Below, piece after piece: positions 1-9,400 of a DNA stretch of 32,000 bases. The stretch is taken from positions 1,050,001 through 1,082,000 of the forward strand of contig NC_014408.1 in assembly GCF_000145295.1 (NCBI RefSeq), written 5' to 3'. The notes below the pieces were generated by a model, which saw only the letters and a list, made by a program, of their open reading frames with translations, did not search any database and was not told where the DNA came from. The position numbers and the translations under genes are program-made. This DNA comes from Methanothermobacter marburgensis str. Marburg. Lineage in GTDB: Archaea; Methanobacteriota; Methanobacteria; Methanobacteriales; Methanothermobacteraceae. Each line of letters starts with the position of its first letter. Position 1 is the first letter of the stretch.

Positions 1-2
1 TA

Positions 3-245
3 GGGGTCCTCGGATCAATAAAACCCGACAGCGAACACCCTGAGAGGGACCTCAAGGTGAGTAACATCATGGTGGATGAGGTTATAACCATCTCAGCCGA
101 CGACAACATAGAGGACGCCGCCAACCTCATGCTGAGGGCCGATATTTCAGGCCTCCTTGTGATGGATGACGATAAACCTGTGGGTGTGATAACAAAAACA
201 GATATCTGCCGGCTGGTTGCGGCGGAGATACTGGTACCCTCCTGA
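3..245 (+). CDS. CBS-domain protein, C-terminal part (gene begins left of the window)
   Basis: This frame is open from the window edge to TGA at 243-245. The translated tail ...NIMVDEVITISADDNIEDAANLMLRADISGLLVMDDDKPVGVITKTDI has the typical CBS-motif pattern. The GTG at 57 given in the ORF track is probably internal. Confidence 0.6.
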   Translation, partial: GVLGSIKPDSEHPERDLKVSNIMVDEVITISADDNIEDAANLMLRADISGLLVMDDDKPVGVITKTDICRLVAAEILVPS

Positions 246-286
246 TTCAGAGGTACAGCAGAGGTTAATACACGATTCCCCTTTCA

Positions 287-369
287 TGATCGGAGATAAT
301 CCATACAGAGAATGGTGTGGACACTCCACACATCCATCCCCCTCTGATCAGAGATAATCCATACAGAGG
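287..369 (+). repeat. Two 25-bp direct repeats, 58 bp apart, upstream of ORF 379..855
   Basis: tgatcGgagataatccatacagagA (287-311) and tgatcAgagataatccatacagagG (345-369), 23/25 identical. The second runs into the SD of ORF 379. Confidence 0.85.
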
Positions 370-378
370 AGGTAACCC

Positions 379-855
379 TTGAAGATTATAACCAGAAAGG
401 AGAACATGGTCTACAGGGAAATAAGGTACATGCAGCTTGATCTCAACGCCCCTGTATCAGAGGAGATGCTTAAGAGGAACCTTGACCTCCCTGAACACGA
501 GTATCATGACATAGTAGTAAGCCTTGAGAAAAAGGGACTCATATCAAGAAAAAACGGGAGGATAACTGCCGGGAACCCTGGTGAAGATGTGAAGGTAATG
601 GAAAATCAGGACGAAGTCAGGGAAGCTGAGCTGAACCAGATAGAGGAGGAAACCCTGAGGACCATTAAGGAACTCGGAGGCGGAGGACCGGTTCCCCGTT
701 ACCTCCTTGAGGGCCACCTTCTCTATGGTCCCCTCAGGCTCAGCACAAGGCGCATGTACAACGTACTCCTTTCACTTGAAAATAAAAAGCTCATAGAGAT
801 GGTGGTGCTGGATCAAGGTGAATATTACCGCCCCTCAGCCCCCCATGATTCCTGA
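379..855 (+). CDS. Hypothetical protein with two winged-helix-like segments (possible DNA-binding regulator)
   Basis: TTG start preceded by GGAGGT (366-371) at 7-nt spacing. Two segments resemble a recognition helix plus wing: ...HDIVVSLEKKGLISRKNGRI... and ...MYNVLLSLENKKLIEMVVLDQGEYY. No family is recognised with certainty. Confidence 0.5.
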   Translation: MKIITRKENMVYREIRYMQLDLNAPVSEEMLKRNLDLPEHEYHDIVVSLEKKGLISRKNGRITAGNPGEDVKVMENQDEVREAELNQIEEETLRTIKELGGGGPVPRYLLEGHLLYGPLRLSTRRMYNVLLSLENKKLIEMVVLDQGEYYRPSAPHDS

Positions 856-942
856 ACACCTTCTGAACCATCATTTTCTCTGCAGATCTAAACCATGATT
901 CCTGAACACCTTCTGAACCATCATTTTCTCTGCAGATCTAAA
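843..942. repeat. Perfect 2 x 50-bp tandem duplication
   Basis: 843-892 equals 893-942 exactly (ccatgattcctgaacaccttctgaaccatcattttctctgcagatctaaa). Copy 1 carries the last codons and stop of ORF 379..855. Copy 2 carries the pheS stop. Confidence 0.95.
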
Positions 943-2509
943 GTTTCAGATCATCCGTCACCGGAAGGCCCCTGAGCCAGCCAAGGTCGCTCTGGTAGAG
1001 CATCCTTATATCCTTTATATCAAATCTTATCATTGCAAGCCTCTCGATACCCAGACCAAAGGCAGCCACAGGGACCTCAACACCAAGCGGTTCGAGGACT
1101 TCAGGCCTGAACATACCTGCCCCTCCAAGTTCTATCCAGCTCTTCTTCTCAGGGAGGTATATTTCACATTCTGTTGAGAGGTAGGTGTAGGGGAAGTAAG
1201 CCGGCCTGAACCTCACCTCAAATCCCAGTTTTCTGTAAAACTCCCTCAGTATACCCAGGAGGTTTCTGAAGTTAACATCCTCCCCTGCGACGATACCCTC
1301 AACCTGGTGGAACTCTGGCAGATGCTTGTAGGTTATGGTCTCCCTCCTGAAAACCCTCCCAACAGAGAACATCTTGAGGGGTGGTTCATTCTCCCTCAGG
1401 AACCTGGCGGATACACAGGTTGTGTGGGTCCTGAGTACGCTCTGCATTGCAACGTCCCTGTCCCATTCATACTGCCAGCCCTCTGATCCAGTGGAGCCCC
1501 CTGTTTCATGGGCACTCTGCACAGCCCTCACAAGATCCTCATCCGGGAGTTCAGTTACCGGGGGATTTTTAACGTAGAAAGTGTCCTGCATCTCCCTTGC
1601 AGCGTGGTCCTGGGGCTGGAAGAGACAGTCAAAGTTCCAGAAGGCTGATTCAAGAAGGGGGCCCCTGGACTCCGTAAACCCCAGTTTAAGGAATATGAGC
1701 CTTATCTCATCAATTATGCGCCTCAGCGGGTGCATCTTACCCGGGTAAACCACAGGGTACTCTGCATCAATGTTGTAGCCCCTGTAGTGAAGCCTCCTCC
1801 AGGAGCCTGTCTTCAGGTGCTCGTGGGTGACCTGGGTAGCCTCCTCAGCGATCTCCACACCCCTCTCAAGGAGTCTCCTGCCCCCGGGTGTGAGTTCAAT
1901 CCTGTGCTTCCTGACCTTTTTAATATCAACAATACCCTTTCTCCCTGCAAGGTCCTTAAGGGCACCCTTTAAGTGTTCAGGAAGTTCCGCGGCCCTTATA
2001 GACCCTTTATCAAGGAGCATTTTAAGGAGTTTCTCGTCATCTCCGCTCTCAGGGGGTTTCTCCTGGGTGGGTGAAACCTTCCCATCGGCTATCTTTGCCC
2101 ATCCCTTTCTCACAAGCCAGCCTATGGCGATCCCTGATTCAGCCTTATCAAGGCCTGCCCTTCTGGAGAGTTCGGACATCTCAAGTTCCCCCTCCCCGGA
2201 GATGATATCGATGACCCTCCTCTCTGGAAGGCCTTGGGTTGCATAAACCTTCCCGTCATCTGTGAGTGATACTACTTCCTCTACCTCCTTGATGACCCTC
2301 ACAAATCCCCTTGATTCAAGTGCGCCCGCCGCACTCATCACGGATTTTATATCCATATTCTGTGACTCTACTATCTCCTCTGGTTTAAGGGGTTTATCTG
2401 AATCCTCAAATGCCTTCAGGACCTTTTTCTCGTAAATGTGAAGCTGATCGATTACCCTATCAGGATCCATATTGATTCCCTCCGTAAACTGCTTAATCCA
2501 GTTTTTCAT
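938..2509 (-). CDS. pheS: Phenylalanine--tRNA ligase alpha subunit (archaeal type)
   Basis: C-terminal class II aaRS core (...[10 protein letters not shown]..., ...HQVEGIV..., ...[10 protein letters not shown]..., ...[12 protein letters not shown]...) after long N-terminal winged-helix repeats typical of archaeal PheRS alpha. The ATG at 2509 overlaps the upstream stop (ATGA). An alternative ATG at 2470 has a strong GGAGGG SD 7 nt upstream. Confidence 0.9.
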   Translation of the reverse strand: MKNWIKQFTEGINMDPDRVIDQLHIYEKKVLKAFEDSDKPLKPEEIVESQNMDIKSVMSAAGALESRGFVRVIKEVEEVVSLTDDGKVYATQGLPERRVIDIISGEGELEMSELSRRAGLDKAESGIAIGWLVRKGWAKIADGKVSPTQEKPPESGDDEKLLKMLLDKGSIRAAELPEHLKGALKDLAGRKGIVDIKKVRKHRIELTPGGRRLLERGVEIAEEATQVTHEHLKTGSWRRLHYRGYNIDAEYPVVYPGKMHPLRRIIDEIRLIFLKLGFTESRGPLLESAFWNFDCLFQPQDHAAREMQDTFYVKNPPVTELPDEDLVRAVQSAHETGGSTGSEGWQYEWDRDVAMQSVLRTHTTCVSARFLRENEPPLKMFSVGRVFRRETITYKHLPEFHQVEGIVAGEDVNFRNLLGILREFYRKLGFEVRFRPAYFPYTYLSTECEIYLPEKKSWIELGGAGMFRPEVLEPLGVEVPVAAFGLGIERLAMIRFDIKDIRMLYQSDLGWLRGLPVTDDLKL

Positions 2510-3423
2510 CTGTGTTCTGAATAATAATCAAGAAGCCCCACCATTATGGATGACGCTGTAAGATCGGCTGTTGTGCCGGGGTTTAAACCTCTGCTGTGGA
2601 GTTTCCTGTCAAACCTTTCAACACGTTTAAGCCCGGCCTCTGTGAGCACACCGCCTCTATCAACAATCTCAGCGGCCTCCTCTGAAACCTCCTCGGCTAT
2701 TTTTTCATCATACTTCCTTGCTATGAGGGTGTCCGGGAACCTTGCAAGTATTGTGAGGAATGTCTGGACAACTGCCCGGTTCATCCCATGTTCCCTGACC
2801 GTCGCCTTGAACACCGGGAACCCGACATTGAAGGTGACTGGCATCCCCGATGTGAGTTCCCTTGCGATGAGGTCCCACTCAGAGGACATCTTCAGTGTAT
2901 CAAAGAGTGTGATTTTCTCATCAAGTATCCTCTGCTCTGATTCAGGGTCATTAACATCGAGGCTTTCATGTTCACCCATACCACCTGGATTCGCAGCAGA
3001 AATGGCTCTGTAGAGATTAACAGCATCATCAGGTGTTGTCTGAAGTATTAACCTGTTCACCTGTTCCCTTAACCCCTGCAAATCCCCCTCATCAACCATT
3101 CCTGCGGCTGCTGAGAGTGGTGTAAGGAGCATGACTATACCCAGGTTTGTGTTGGTGGAAACCCATTTCCCGGTATCCTCCACAGCCCTCAGTATGAGTT
3201 CCCCCAGTCCAATGGCTGAGAGATCCAGGCTATCCCTCAGCTCGACACCTCTTCTAGCGGCCAGATGCATGGTATCCCCAATAACTATCCCGCTCACCAG
3301 GAAGTCCTCATAGACCATGTCATCAAAGTCTCGGGTTCTGTGGACGTTACCAGGTTTCGGATAGCCGCTAACCTCCAGTACAGATGCTATCTGGGCTATT
3401 CTTGAAACATAGAGGGGGTCCAC
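2506..3423 (-). CDS. CitG-family (triphosphoribosyl-dephospho-CoA synthase-like) protein
   Basis: N-terminal ...[14 protein letters not shown]... and C-terminal ...[12 protein letters not shown]... are motifs I associate with CitG/MdcB (PF01874). The GTG start shares one nucleotide with the hemB stop (TAGTG). The stop overlaps the pheS start. Confidence 0.65.
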   Translation of the reverse strand: MDPLYVSRIAQIASVLEVSGYPKPGNVHRTRDFDDMVYEDFLVSGIVIGDTMHLAARRGVELRDSLDLSAIGLGELILRAVEDTGKWVSTNTNLGIVMLLTPLSAAAGMVDEGDLQGLREQVNRLILQTTPDDAVNLYRAISAANPGGMGEHESLDVNDPESEQRILDEKITLFDTLKMSSEWDLIARELTSGMPVTFNVGFPVFKATVREHGMNRAVVQTFLTILARFPDTLIARKYDEKIAEEVSEEAAEIVDRGGVLTEAGLKRVERFDRKLHSRGLNPGTTADLTASSIMVGLLDYYSEHR

Positions 3424-4403
3424 TAGATCACCCCCAGAAGTTCCGGTGCGAAGTGTGAGATTATAAGGTCAGCGCCTGCACGTTTTATTGACAGGATAGA
3501 CTCATATATCGCCTCTTCAGTAAGGTATCCGCTATCTATAGCCGCCCTCAGCATCGAATACTCTCCGCTCACATTGTAGGCTGCAAGGGGGACCCTGAAT
3601 CTGTCCTTCACAGCCTCTATCACATCCAGGTATGCCAGGGCGGGTTTCACCATCAGTATATCGGCGCCCTCCTTAAGGTCAAGTTCCGCCTCCATGAGGG
3701 CCTCGCTGACATTTGCAGGGTCCATCTGATATGATCTGCGGTCACCGAATGCTGGGGCTGAGGAAACCGCGTCACGGAATGGTGCATAGAATGCGGATGC
3801 ATACTTGACGGCATAGGACATTATCAGCGTGTCACTGAATCCTGCATCATCCAGGGCCCGCCGTATAGCTGCAACACGCCCATCCATCATATCTGAGGGG
3901 GCAACCACATCTGCACCGGCCTCTGCATGGGAGAGGGCTATCCTTGCAAGGACATCAAGGGTTTCATCATTGACCACCTCCCCATCCACGACGATGCCGC
4001 AGTGGCCATGGGTTGTGTACTGGCAGAGGCAGACATCTGTCATGACAACGAGTTCCGTCTCCTCCTTAAGCCTCCTCACGGTCCTCTGCACAGCGCCGTC
4101 AGGGTCATATGCTGATGAGGCAAACTCATCCTTGGTGGACGGCATGCCAAATAAAAGGACAGCTGAAAGCCCCTCATCCTCAAGTCTGGATGCCTCAGAG
4201 ACCGCATCATCCACAGAGTACCTGTACTGTCCAGGCATTGTATCTATGGACTCAGGTTCACCCCCTTCAAGTTTTTCGCTCACAAAAATGGGGTAGATGA
4301 TGTCTGATGAGTGCAGACGTGTTTCTCGGAGAATGTCACGTATCTGTGGACTCTTCCTCAATCTTCGCATCCTTTTTGTGGGAAACTCCATAATATCACT
4401 CAC
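3423..4403 (-). CDS. hemB: Porphobilinogen synthase (delta-aminolevulinate dehydratase)
   Basis: Zinc-binding Cys triad [14 protein letters not shown] and active-site region [10 protein letters not shown]; length and overall pattern fit HemB. Start is GTG at 4403, or ATG at 4391. A TATA-like TAATAAATAT sits about 30 nt upstream. Confidence 0.9.
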   Translation of the reverse strand: MSDIMEFPTKRMRRLRKSPQIRDILRETRLHSSDIIYPIFVSEKLEGGEPESIDTMPGQYRYSVDDAVSEASRLEDEGLSAVLLFGMPSTKDEFASSAYDPDGAVQRTVRRLKEETELVVMTDVCLCQYTTHGHCGIVVDGEVVNDETLDVLARIALSHAEAGADVVAPSDMMDGRVAAIRRALDDAGFSDTLIMSYAVKYASAFYAPFRDAVSSAPAFGDRRSYQMDPANVSEALMEAELDLKEGADILMVKPALAYLDVIEAVKDRFRVPLAAYNVSGEYSMLRAAIDSGYLTEEAIYESILSIKRAGADLIISHFAPELLGVI

Positions 4404-4455
4404 AGGTAACTCTTAAAGGATTGAACAGGATAATATTTATTACATTTTCACCTCT

Positions 4456-4461
4456 AAAAAA
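4456..4461 (-). terminator. Oligo-T terminator candidate downstream of the Fe-S protein gene
   Basis: The minus strand reads TTATGTTTTTTAGAGG, a T6 run 46 nt after the stop at 4507. Archaeal termination typically uses oligo-T tracts. Confidence 0.4.
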
Positions 4462-4506
4462 CATAACGCCATTATGCTGTACCGGCCTGAAGTAGGTTCA
4501 TTGAAA

Positions 4507-5370
4507 TCATGATTCCACGTCCACAAGGACCTCAACCCTCATTACTGCCTCATCAACAGCATCAGGATCCATAACTATTTTCAGGGCATCTTTGGGGCAT
4601 CTCTCAACGCATCTTCCGCATATGAGGCACCTCCCGGTATCATGGTGTTCTCCCCCTTCACTGATGGCACCTGTAAAACATGCCTCCTCACAGCGCCCGC
4701 AAAGAACACAGCTTTTAGCGTCCTTTAAGATACTGACACCCTCCATTGGTGTTATGGACGATGCTATGTCCTCAGAGAGGAGGGGTGTCATCCTCCAGAG
4801 ACAGCAGCATTCACAGCAGTTGCAGACAGAAAGTAATTCATCGTATGGGCCCGAATTGAGCCAGACAGAGTCTATCCTGTTTCTACCTATTATGTGGACC
4901 AGACCCGCCTCCCTGCACCTTTCAATGTGTTCAAGGGCCTCCTCCTTTGATATGATGCTACCGACCTTATCTGATATCCTGAGTGCCCCTGGACCCAGGA
5001 AGAGGCAGCCAAGATCGTGGGGGTAGTCACTGCATCCCGAGGAAACCCTGCATATGCAGAAGTCCATCCTGAATATGTGCTTTGACCGAAGTATCATCCT
5101 CCTTAGAACATCTGATGGCAGTGCAGTGTTCTCTGGTAGCTGGAAACTCCTGTTTACCTCAACCGACCCGTCCCTGGGTATGACCTGTATATCGTCCCCC
5201 TCAAAAAACAATCTCTTAACAATTTTCCTGAAGGTATCTGACCTTTCAGTGATCCTGGCAAGTTCGAATCTCCTGTGGAAGGTTCTTTTTATTATTGCAA
5301 TGCTCAGATCAGTGAAATCAATCACCTGAATCACCATAGAGTCTCTGTGGGAGGGGATCCCCCTCACCAT
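4507..5370 (-). CDS. Iron-sulfur protein with C-terminal 2x[4Fe-4S] ferredoxin-type domain
   Basis: Two ferredoxin-type Cys motifs, CVLCGRCEEAC and CLICGRCVERCP, plus an unusual CNCCECCC cluster and CICRVSSGC. The start is uncertain: ATG 5370 overlaps the upstream gene by 53 nt, and ATG 5337 or GTG 5325 are alternatives. Confidence 0.6.
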   Translation of the reverse strand: MVRGIPSHRDSMVIQVIDFTDLSIAIIKRTFHRRFELARITERSDTFRKIVKRLFFEGDDIQVIPRDGSVEVNRSFQLPENTALPSDVLRRMILRSKHIFRMDFCICRVSSGCSDYPHDLGCLFLGPGALRISDKVGSIISKEEALEHIERCREAGLVHIIGRNRIDSVWLNSGPYDELLSVCNCCECCCLWRMTPLLSEDIASSITPMEGVSILKDAKSCVLCGRCEEACFTGAISEGGEHHDTGRCLICGRCVERCPKDALKIVMDPDAVDEAVMRVEVLVDVES

Positions 5371-6004
5371 GAACCCGCCCCCGGTAATACAGTTTTCCGT
5401 GCCTTACAATGAGGGCATGGTACTCCTGGAAGACCCTGAAATCAGGTTCAAGGTTTTCTTCAAAGATCTCCTTTATCACCGAATAGCCCTCATCTCCCCC
5501 TATAATGCCAGTATGGGATAATATCCTCCTTGTGTATGCATCAACCACGAATTCAGGTTTTCTGTATCCATAGAGGAGGATGGAGTCTGCGGTCTCATAT
5601 CCAACACCCCTTACCCCCAGAAGCTCCTTCCTGGATGGTGTGGCGCCCTCGAGGGATATGAAGAACTCTGAAATCTCTCTCAGGTATGATGCCTTCTGTC
5701 TGTAGAAACCGGCACATCTGAGGGCGCCCTCAAGTTCATCGTCCTCAGCTGCAAGTATACCCTCAGGTTCAAGGACATTCATTGATGCAAGGTTGCGGAG
5801 TGCAGCTGCGGCAGAGTCCCAGGACGTGTTCTGGGTGAGTATTGCCCCTGCCATCACCTCAAAGATCTCCCTCTCAGATGAGGGCAGGGTGTAGTCGCCA
5901 GGGTGGTACCTGAGTTTGAGGGTATCCCTATCAAGGAGGGGCCACCACCCCTGGGGGCCATAGAGTTCCATGAGCACACTGTAGATATCCCTGAGCACCT
6001 TCAT
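5318..6004 (-). CDS. HhH-GPD superfamily DNA glycosylase (endonuclease III-related, no Fe-S cluster loop)
   Basis: Helix-hairpin-helix LLGVRGVGYETADSILLY followed by the catalytic-Asp region VVDAYTRRIL. The C-terminus lacks the Cys cluster of true EndoIII. Confidence 0.7.
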   Translation of the reverse strand: MKVLRDIYSVLMELYGPQGWWPLLDRDTLKLRYHPGDYTLPSSEREIFEVMAGAILTQNTSWDSAAAALRNLASMNVLEPEGILAAEDDELEGALRCAGFYRQKASYLREISEFFISLEGATPSRKELLGVRGVGYETADSILLYGYRKPEFVVDAYTRRILSHTGIIGGDEGYSVIKEIFEENLEPDFRVFQEYHALIVRHGKLYYRGRVHGEGDPLPQRLYGDSGD

Positions 6005-6248
6005 GTATAGGGATAAGTATGGAGACCACAGTTAAAGGTTTAGGTTACATGCACTGATAGCATGTGGATGTGTTGCAGCTACTCAAGATGCCTGAATAAC
6101 ATGCCGTGCGACACCCCTGCATGCTCTTCAGGTTCTAGATCCACAAACACATGGACTTAGGGAAATCAGTTAACCAATTCTCTGAAAAATCTGCACACAT
6201 CGGCTTCAGCTGATCAGTTTATTAATTAAAAACTACACAGATAACTGC

Positions 6249-6911
6249 ATGAAATATGAAATTATACACAGACCAAGTTACAGTATGGTCAATATCCAGC
6301 TTGAAAGCGGTGAAGCCATAAAGGCAGAGGCCGGTGCAATGGTGAGTATGAGCTCCAACATAGAGATCCAGACCGAAACAGGGGGTCTTCTGGGGGCTGT
6401 TAAGAGATCCATGCTTGGGGGGGAAAGTGTCTTCCTCAACACCTTCCGTTCCCAGGGGAGGGGTGAGATACAGCTTGCACCATCATACCCGGGGGATGTT
6501 GAGGTCATCGAAACCCATGAAACAGTCTATGCTCAGAGCGGTTCATTCATGGCGGCTTCAGAGGATGTGGAGATAGATACAAAATTTGGGGGTTTCAAAA
6601 CATTCTTCGGAAGTGAGGGCCTCTTCCTGCTTAAACTGAGGGCCTCTGGACCCATATTCCTCTCAAGTTTCGGGGCAATATACCACAGGGAACTTGTGAA
6701 TGAGAGGTTCGTTGTGGACACAGGCCACATCGTAGCCTTCACAGAGGGCCTTGACTTCCATGTGCGAAAGATCGGAGGACTTAAAAGCACATTTCTCAGT
6801 GGAGAGGGACTTGTAGCCGAATTTGAAGGTACAGGAACCGTTTACATGCAGACAAGAAGTGTTGATAGCTTCGTTGGATGGTTAATACCCATGCTCCCCT
6901 CAAGGGATTAG
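6249..6911 (+). CDS. AIM24/TIGR00266-family protein (DUF124)
   Basis: N-terminus MKYEIIHRPSYSMVNIQLESGEAIKAEAGAMVSM... and the later GxGxVxxQ-like ...FEGTGTVYMQT... match my recollection of the AIM24 beta-helix family. A TTTATTAA TATA box lies about 25 nt upstream, suggesting a leaderless or short-leader mRNA. Confidence 0.55.
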   Translation: MKYEIIHRPSYSMVNIQLESGEAIKAEAGAMVSMSSNIEIQTETGGLLGAVKRSMLGGESVFLNTFRSQGRGEIQLAPSYPGDVEVIETHETVYAQSGSFMAASEDVEIDTKFGGFKTFFGSEGLFLLKLRASGPIFLSSFGAIYHRELVNERFVVDTGHIVAFTEGLDFHVRKIGGLKSTFLSGEGLVAEFEGTGTVYMQTRSVDSFVGWLIPMLPSRD

Positions 6912-6944
6912 GTTGATGAATTCATAACTCATGGTGGTGATTCG

Positions 6945-8057
6945 GTGGCTGGGAACAGTACCGGCAAAGTATTCAGGGTTACAACCTTCGGGTCCAGCCA
7001 TGGACCTGCACTTGGGGCGGTTATCGATGGCTGCCCCGCAGGCCTTAAACTGAGTGAAGAGGACATCCAGAGGGAACTAGACAGGAGAAGACCCGGTACG
7101 AGCAGTTTAACTACCCCCAGGGGTGAAATGGACAGGGTTGAGATACTTTCAGGGATATTCGAGGGTAAAACAGACGGGACCCCCATAGCAGGAATTGTCA
7201 GGAACCGTGACGTTGACTCTGCAAGTTACAGTAACCTCAAGTCGGTGCCAAGACCCGGCCACGGCGACTACACCTGGAGGGTCAGGTTCGGCCACTATGA
7301 CCACCGTGGAGGTGGCCGTGGAAGTGGAAGGGTAACCATTGGACACGTGATTGGCGGGGCGGTTGCAAAGAAACTCATCGGAACCCATGGTATCCAGGTG
7401 AACGCACACGTGGTACAGGTGGGTGACATCAGGGCAGACCGGGTAAACCTGAAACTGATAGGGGAGTACGCAGAGAGAAACCCTGTTAGATGTGCTGATC
7501 CCGCTGCGGCCAGATTGATGGAGAAAGCCATCCTTGATGCTAAGGAAATGGGTGACTCCATTGGCGGAGTCGTTGAGGTTGTGGCGCTGGGGGTGCCCGC
7601 CGGGCTTGGAGACCCTGTCTTCAGTAAACTTGACGCTGAACTCGCAGCCGCACTCATGGGTATCGGGGCTGTGAAGGGTGTGGAGATAGGAATGGGATTT
7701 GAGGTTGCAGAGCACCATGCCAGTGAAATAAACGACGAGTTCTACATCTCTGGCGGTGAAATAAGGACAACCACCAACACCTCAGGGGGTATACTCGGGG
7801 GTATATCCAGCGGCATGCCCATAACTGCAAGGATAGCTGTGAAGCCCACACCATCAATATCGCTGCCCCAGAGAAGCGTCGACCTTGAGATGATGGAGGA
7901 GACCGGGATTGAGATCCATGGAAGGCACGACCCCTGCATATGCCCGAGGGTTGTGCCTGTGGCCGAGGCCGCAGTCGCGATGGTCCTTGCAGACCACATG
8001 ATAAGGGCCGGTTTCATCCACCCCACAGATATAAGCAAGAAGGAAAATGACGGATAA
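6945..8057 (+). CDS. aroC: Chorismate synthase
   Basis: [24 protein letters not shown]..., ...RPGHGDYT..., ...[10 protein letters not shown]... are hallmark chorismate synthase motifs. GTG start with a GGTGGTGA SD upstream. Confidence 0.9.
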   Translation: MAGNSTGKVFRVTTFGSSHGPALGAVIDGCPAGLKLSEEDIQRELDRRRPGTSSLTTPRGEMDRVEILSGIFEGKTDGTPIAGIVRNRDVDSASYSNLKSVPRPGHGDYTWRVRFGHYDHRGGGRGSGRVTIGHVIGGAVAKKLIGTHGIQVNAHVVQVGDIRADRVNLKLIGEYAERNPVRCADPAAARLMEKAILDAKEMGDSIGGVVEVVALGVPAGLGDPVFSKLDAELAAALMGIGAVKGVEIGMGFEVAEHHASEINDEFYISGGEIRTTTNTSGGILGGISSGMPITARIAVKPTPSISLPQRSVDLEMMEETGIEIHGRHDPCICPRVVPVAEAAVAMVLADHMIRAGFIHPTDISKKENDG

Positions 8058-9264
8058 ACTGGTTGAATTCCTTGAGGAACTCAGCAGGGCGCTTATAGCC
8101 TCAGGAAACTCTGTTTCTGAGACTGAAAGAATTTTAAGAGGCATTGCAGAGTCACAGAATGTGGAGGTTGAGGTTTCGGTCCTCCCAACCATGTTGATAA
8201 TCAAGGCTGGCGGGGAGACATCACGGATGAGCCTTGCAGCCCAGTCACCAGGTGTGATGCCTCTCCACCAAGTTACAAAGATTTACAGGCTCATTGACGC
8301 TGTCAGGTCAGGCGGGACCGAAATCAGCGACGCACTTGATGAACTCAGGGAAATAGTGGGTGGACCCCACAGGTTCGGGCGCTACGGGATGTTCCTCGGG
8401 TACCTGCTCCTCTCAGTGGGGATAGCCTTCCTGATACAGCCTGATCTGAACCTTGTTGTCTATTCCTCCCTTCTGAGCGTAATATCAGGTGCGCTGATAG
8501 TGCTGGGTTATGGTAACAGGAGGCTCTCCCTAATCATGCCTGTACTCGCCTCCTTCACGGTTTCAGGTGTTGCATTCTTTCTGATAAGGGCGGGGGCCGT
8601 CACAGGTAACCTCACCCTCATTGTACCCCCACTCATATACTTCATCCCGGGGGTCACCCTCACAACGGGCATATATGAACTTGCAAGCGGTGAACTCGTA
8701 TCAGGGTCCAGCAGGGTGATATACGGCTGTATGCTCCTTCTGCTCCTGGTATTCGGTGTTCTGATGGGTATGCAGATCAATGGATTTCCCCAGGAGGAAT
8801 TCGCGGCAATCAAAATTTCAACACTTAGTTACAGTCCCTACATTGGCGCTGTGCTCTTTGCGGCTGGAATATACCTCTTCCTATCGGTTTACAGAAGCGA
8901 TTTTCCCTGGATACTCCTTGTGCTCTACACGGCACTTGTTGGTCAGCAGCTTGGAAACACCATTGGAGGAGGGCTTCTTGGGGCCTTTCTGGGTGCCCTC
9001 TCCATGACACTGGTGGCTAGGGCCATTGAGATGGCTAGTAAAACCCCCCACTTTGTCACGCTCTACCCTGCCTTCTGGTTCCTTGCACCGGGGTCCATAG
9101 GGTTCATAGGACTTGCCAATCTCCTTGGAAAGAACTACCTGACCTCCATTGCCGAGATAACACTCTTTTCAATGACGGTGATTGCAATAGCCCTCGGACT
9201 CCTGGTTGGAGCCCTTCTGACCGAACCATTCCATGAAAAAATAAGAGCCCCGAGCGGGGATTGA
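8047..9264 (+). CDS. Threonine/serine exporter (ThrE) family membrane protein (DUF1212+DUF3815 fusion type)
   Basis: Soluble N-terminal segment ...[25 protein letters not shown]... followed by about 10 hydrophobic helices. The start overlaps the aroC 3' end by 11 nt. The last 19 nt run antisense into tRNA-Thr. Confidence 0.6.
   Translation: MTDKLVEFLEELSRALIASGNSVSETERILRGIAESQNVEVEVSVLPTMLIIKAGGETSRMSLAAQSPGVMPLHQVTKIYRLIDAVRSGGTEISDALDELREIVGGPHRFGRYGMFLGYLLLSVGIAFLIQPDLNLVVYSSLLSVISGALIVLGYGNRRLSLIMPVLASFTVSGVAFFLIRAGAVTGNLTLIVPPLIYFIPGVTLTTGIYELASGELVSGSSRVIYGCMLLLLLVFGVLMGMQINGFPQEEFAAIKISTLSYSPYIGAVLFAAGIYLFLSVYRSDFPWILLVLYTALVGQQLGNTIGGGLLGAFLGALSMTLVARAIEMASKTPHFVTLYPAFWFLAPGSIGFIGLANLLGKNYLTSIAEITLFSMTVIAIALGLLVGALLTEPFHEKIRAPSGD
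9236..9241 (-). terminator. Oligo-T terminator immediately 3' of tRNA-Thr
   Basis: The minus strand reads ...GGGGCT-CTTA-TTTTTT-C. The T6 run starts 5 nt after the discriminator base. Confidence 0.6.
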
Positions 9265-9318
9265 ACCCGCGACCTCGGGATTACGAATCCCGCGCTCTCC
9301 CACCTAAGCTACCGGGGC
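9246..9318 (-). tRNA. tRNA-Thr (anticodon CGU), no encoded CCA
   Basis: Hand-folded cloverleaf of 73 nt: GCCCCGG-TA-GCTT-AGGTGGGA-GAGC-G-CGGGA-TTCGTAA-TCCCG-AGGTC-GCGGG-TTCAATC-CCCGC-TCGGGGC-T. It has a 7-bp acceptor stem with one G-U pair, a 5-bp anticodon stem, a TTC-containing T-loop, and anticodon CGT. Confidence 0.9.
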
Positions 9319-9343
9319 ATGTCAAGAATTAATGCATTTTTAT

Positions 9344-9351
9344 TATATAAA
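9344..9351 (-). promoter_or_regulatory. TATA box of the tRNA-Thr promoter
   Basis: The minus strand reads CCAAAAAAT-TTTATATA-(25 nt)-GCCCCGG. This is a consensus archaeal TATA box with a purine-rich BRE-like stretch upstream, at the canonical distance from the mature 5' end. Confidence 0.65.
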
Positions 9352-9400
9352 ATTTTTTGGTGCCCCAGGTTCTCACCCTTCCGCACCATCTCAGGCAAAA

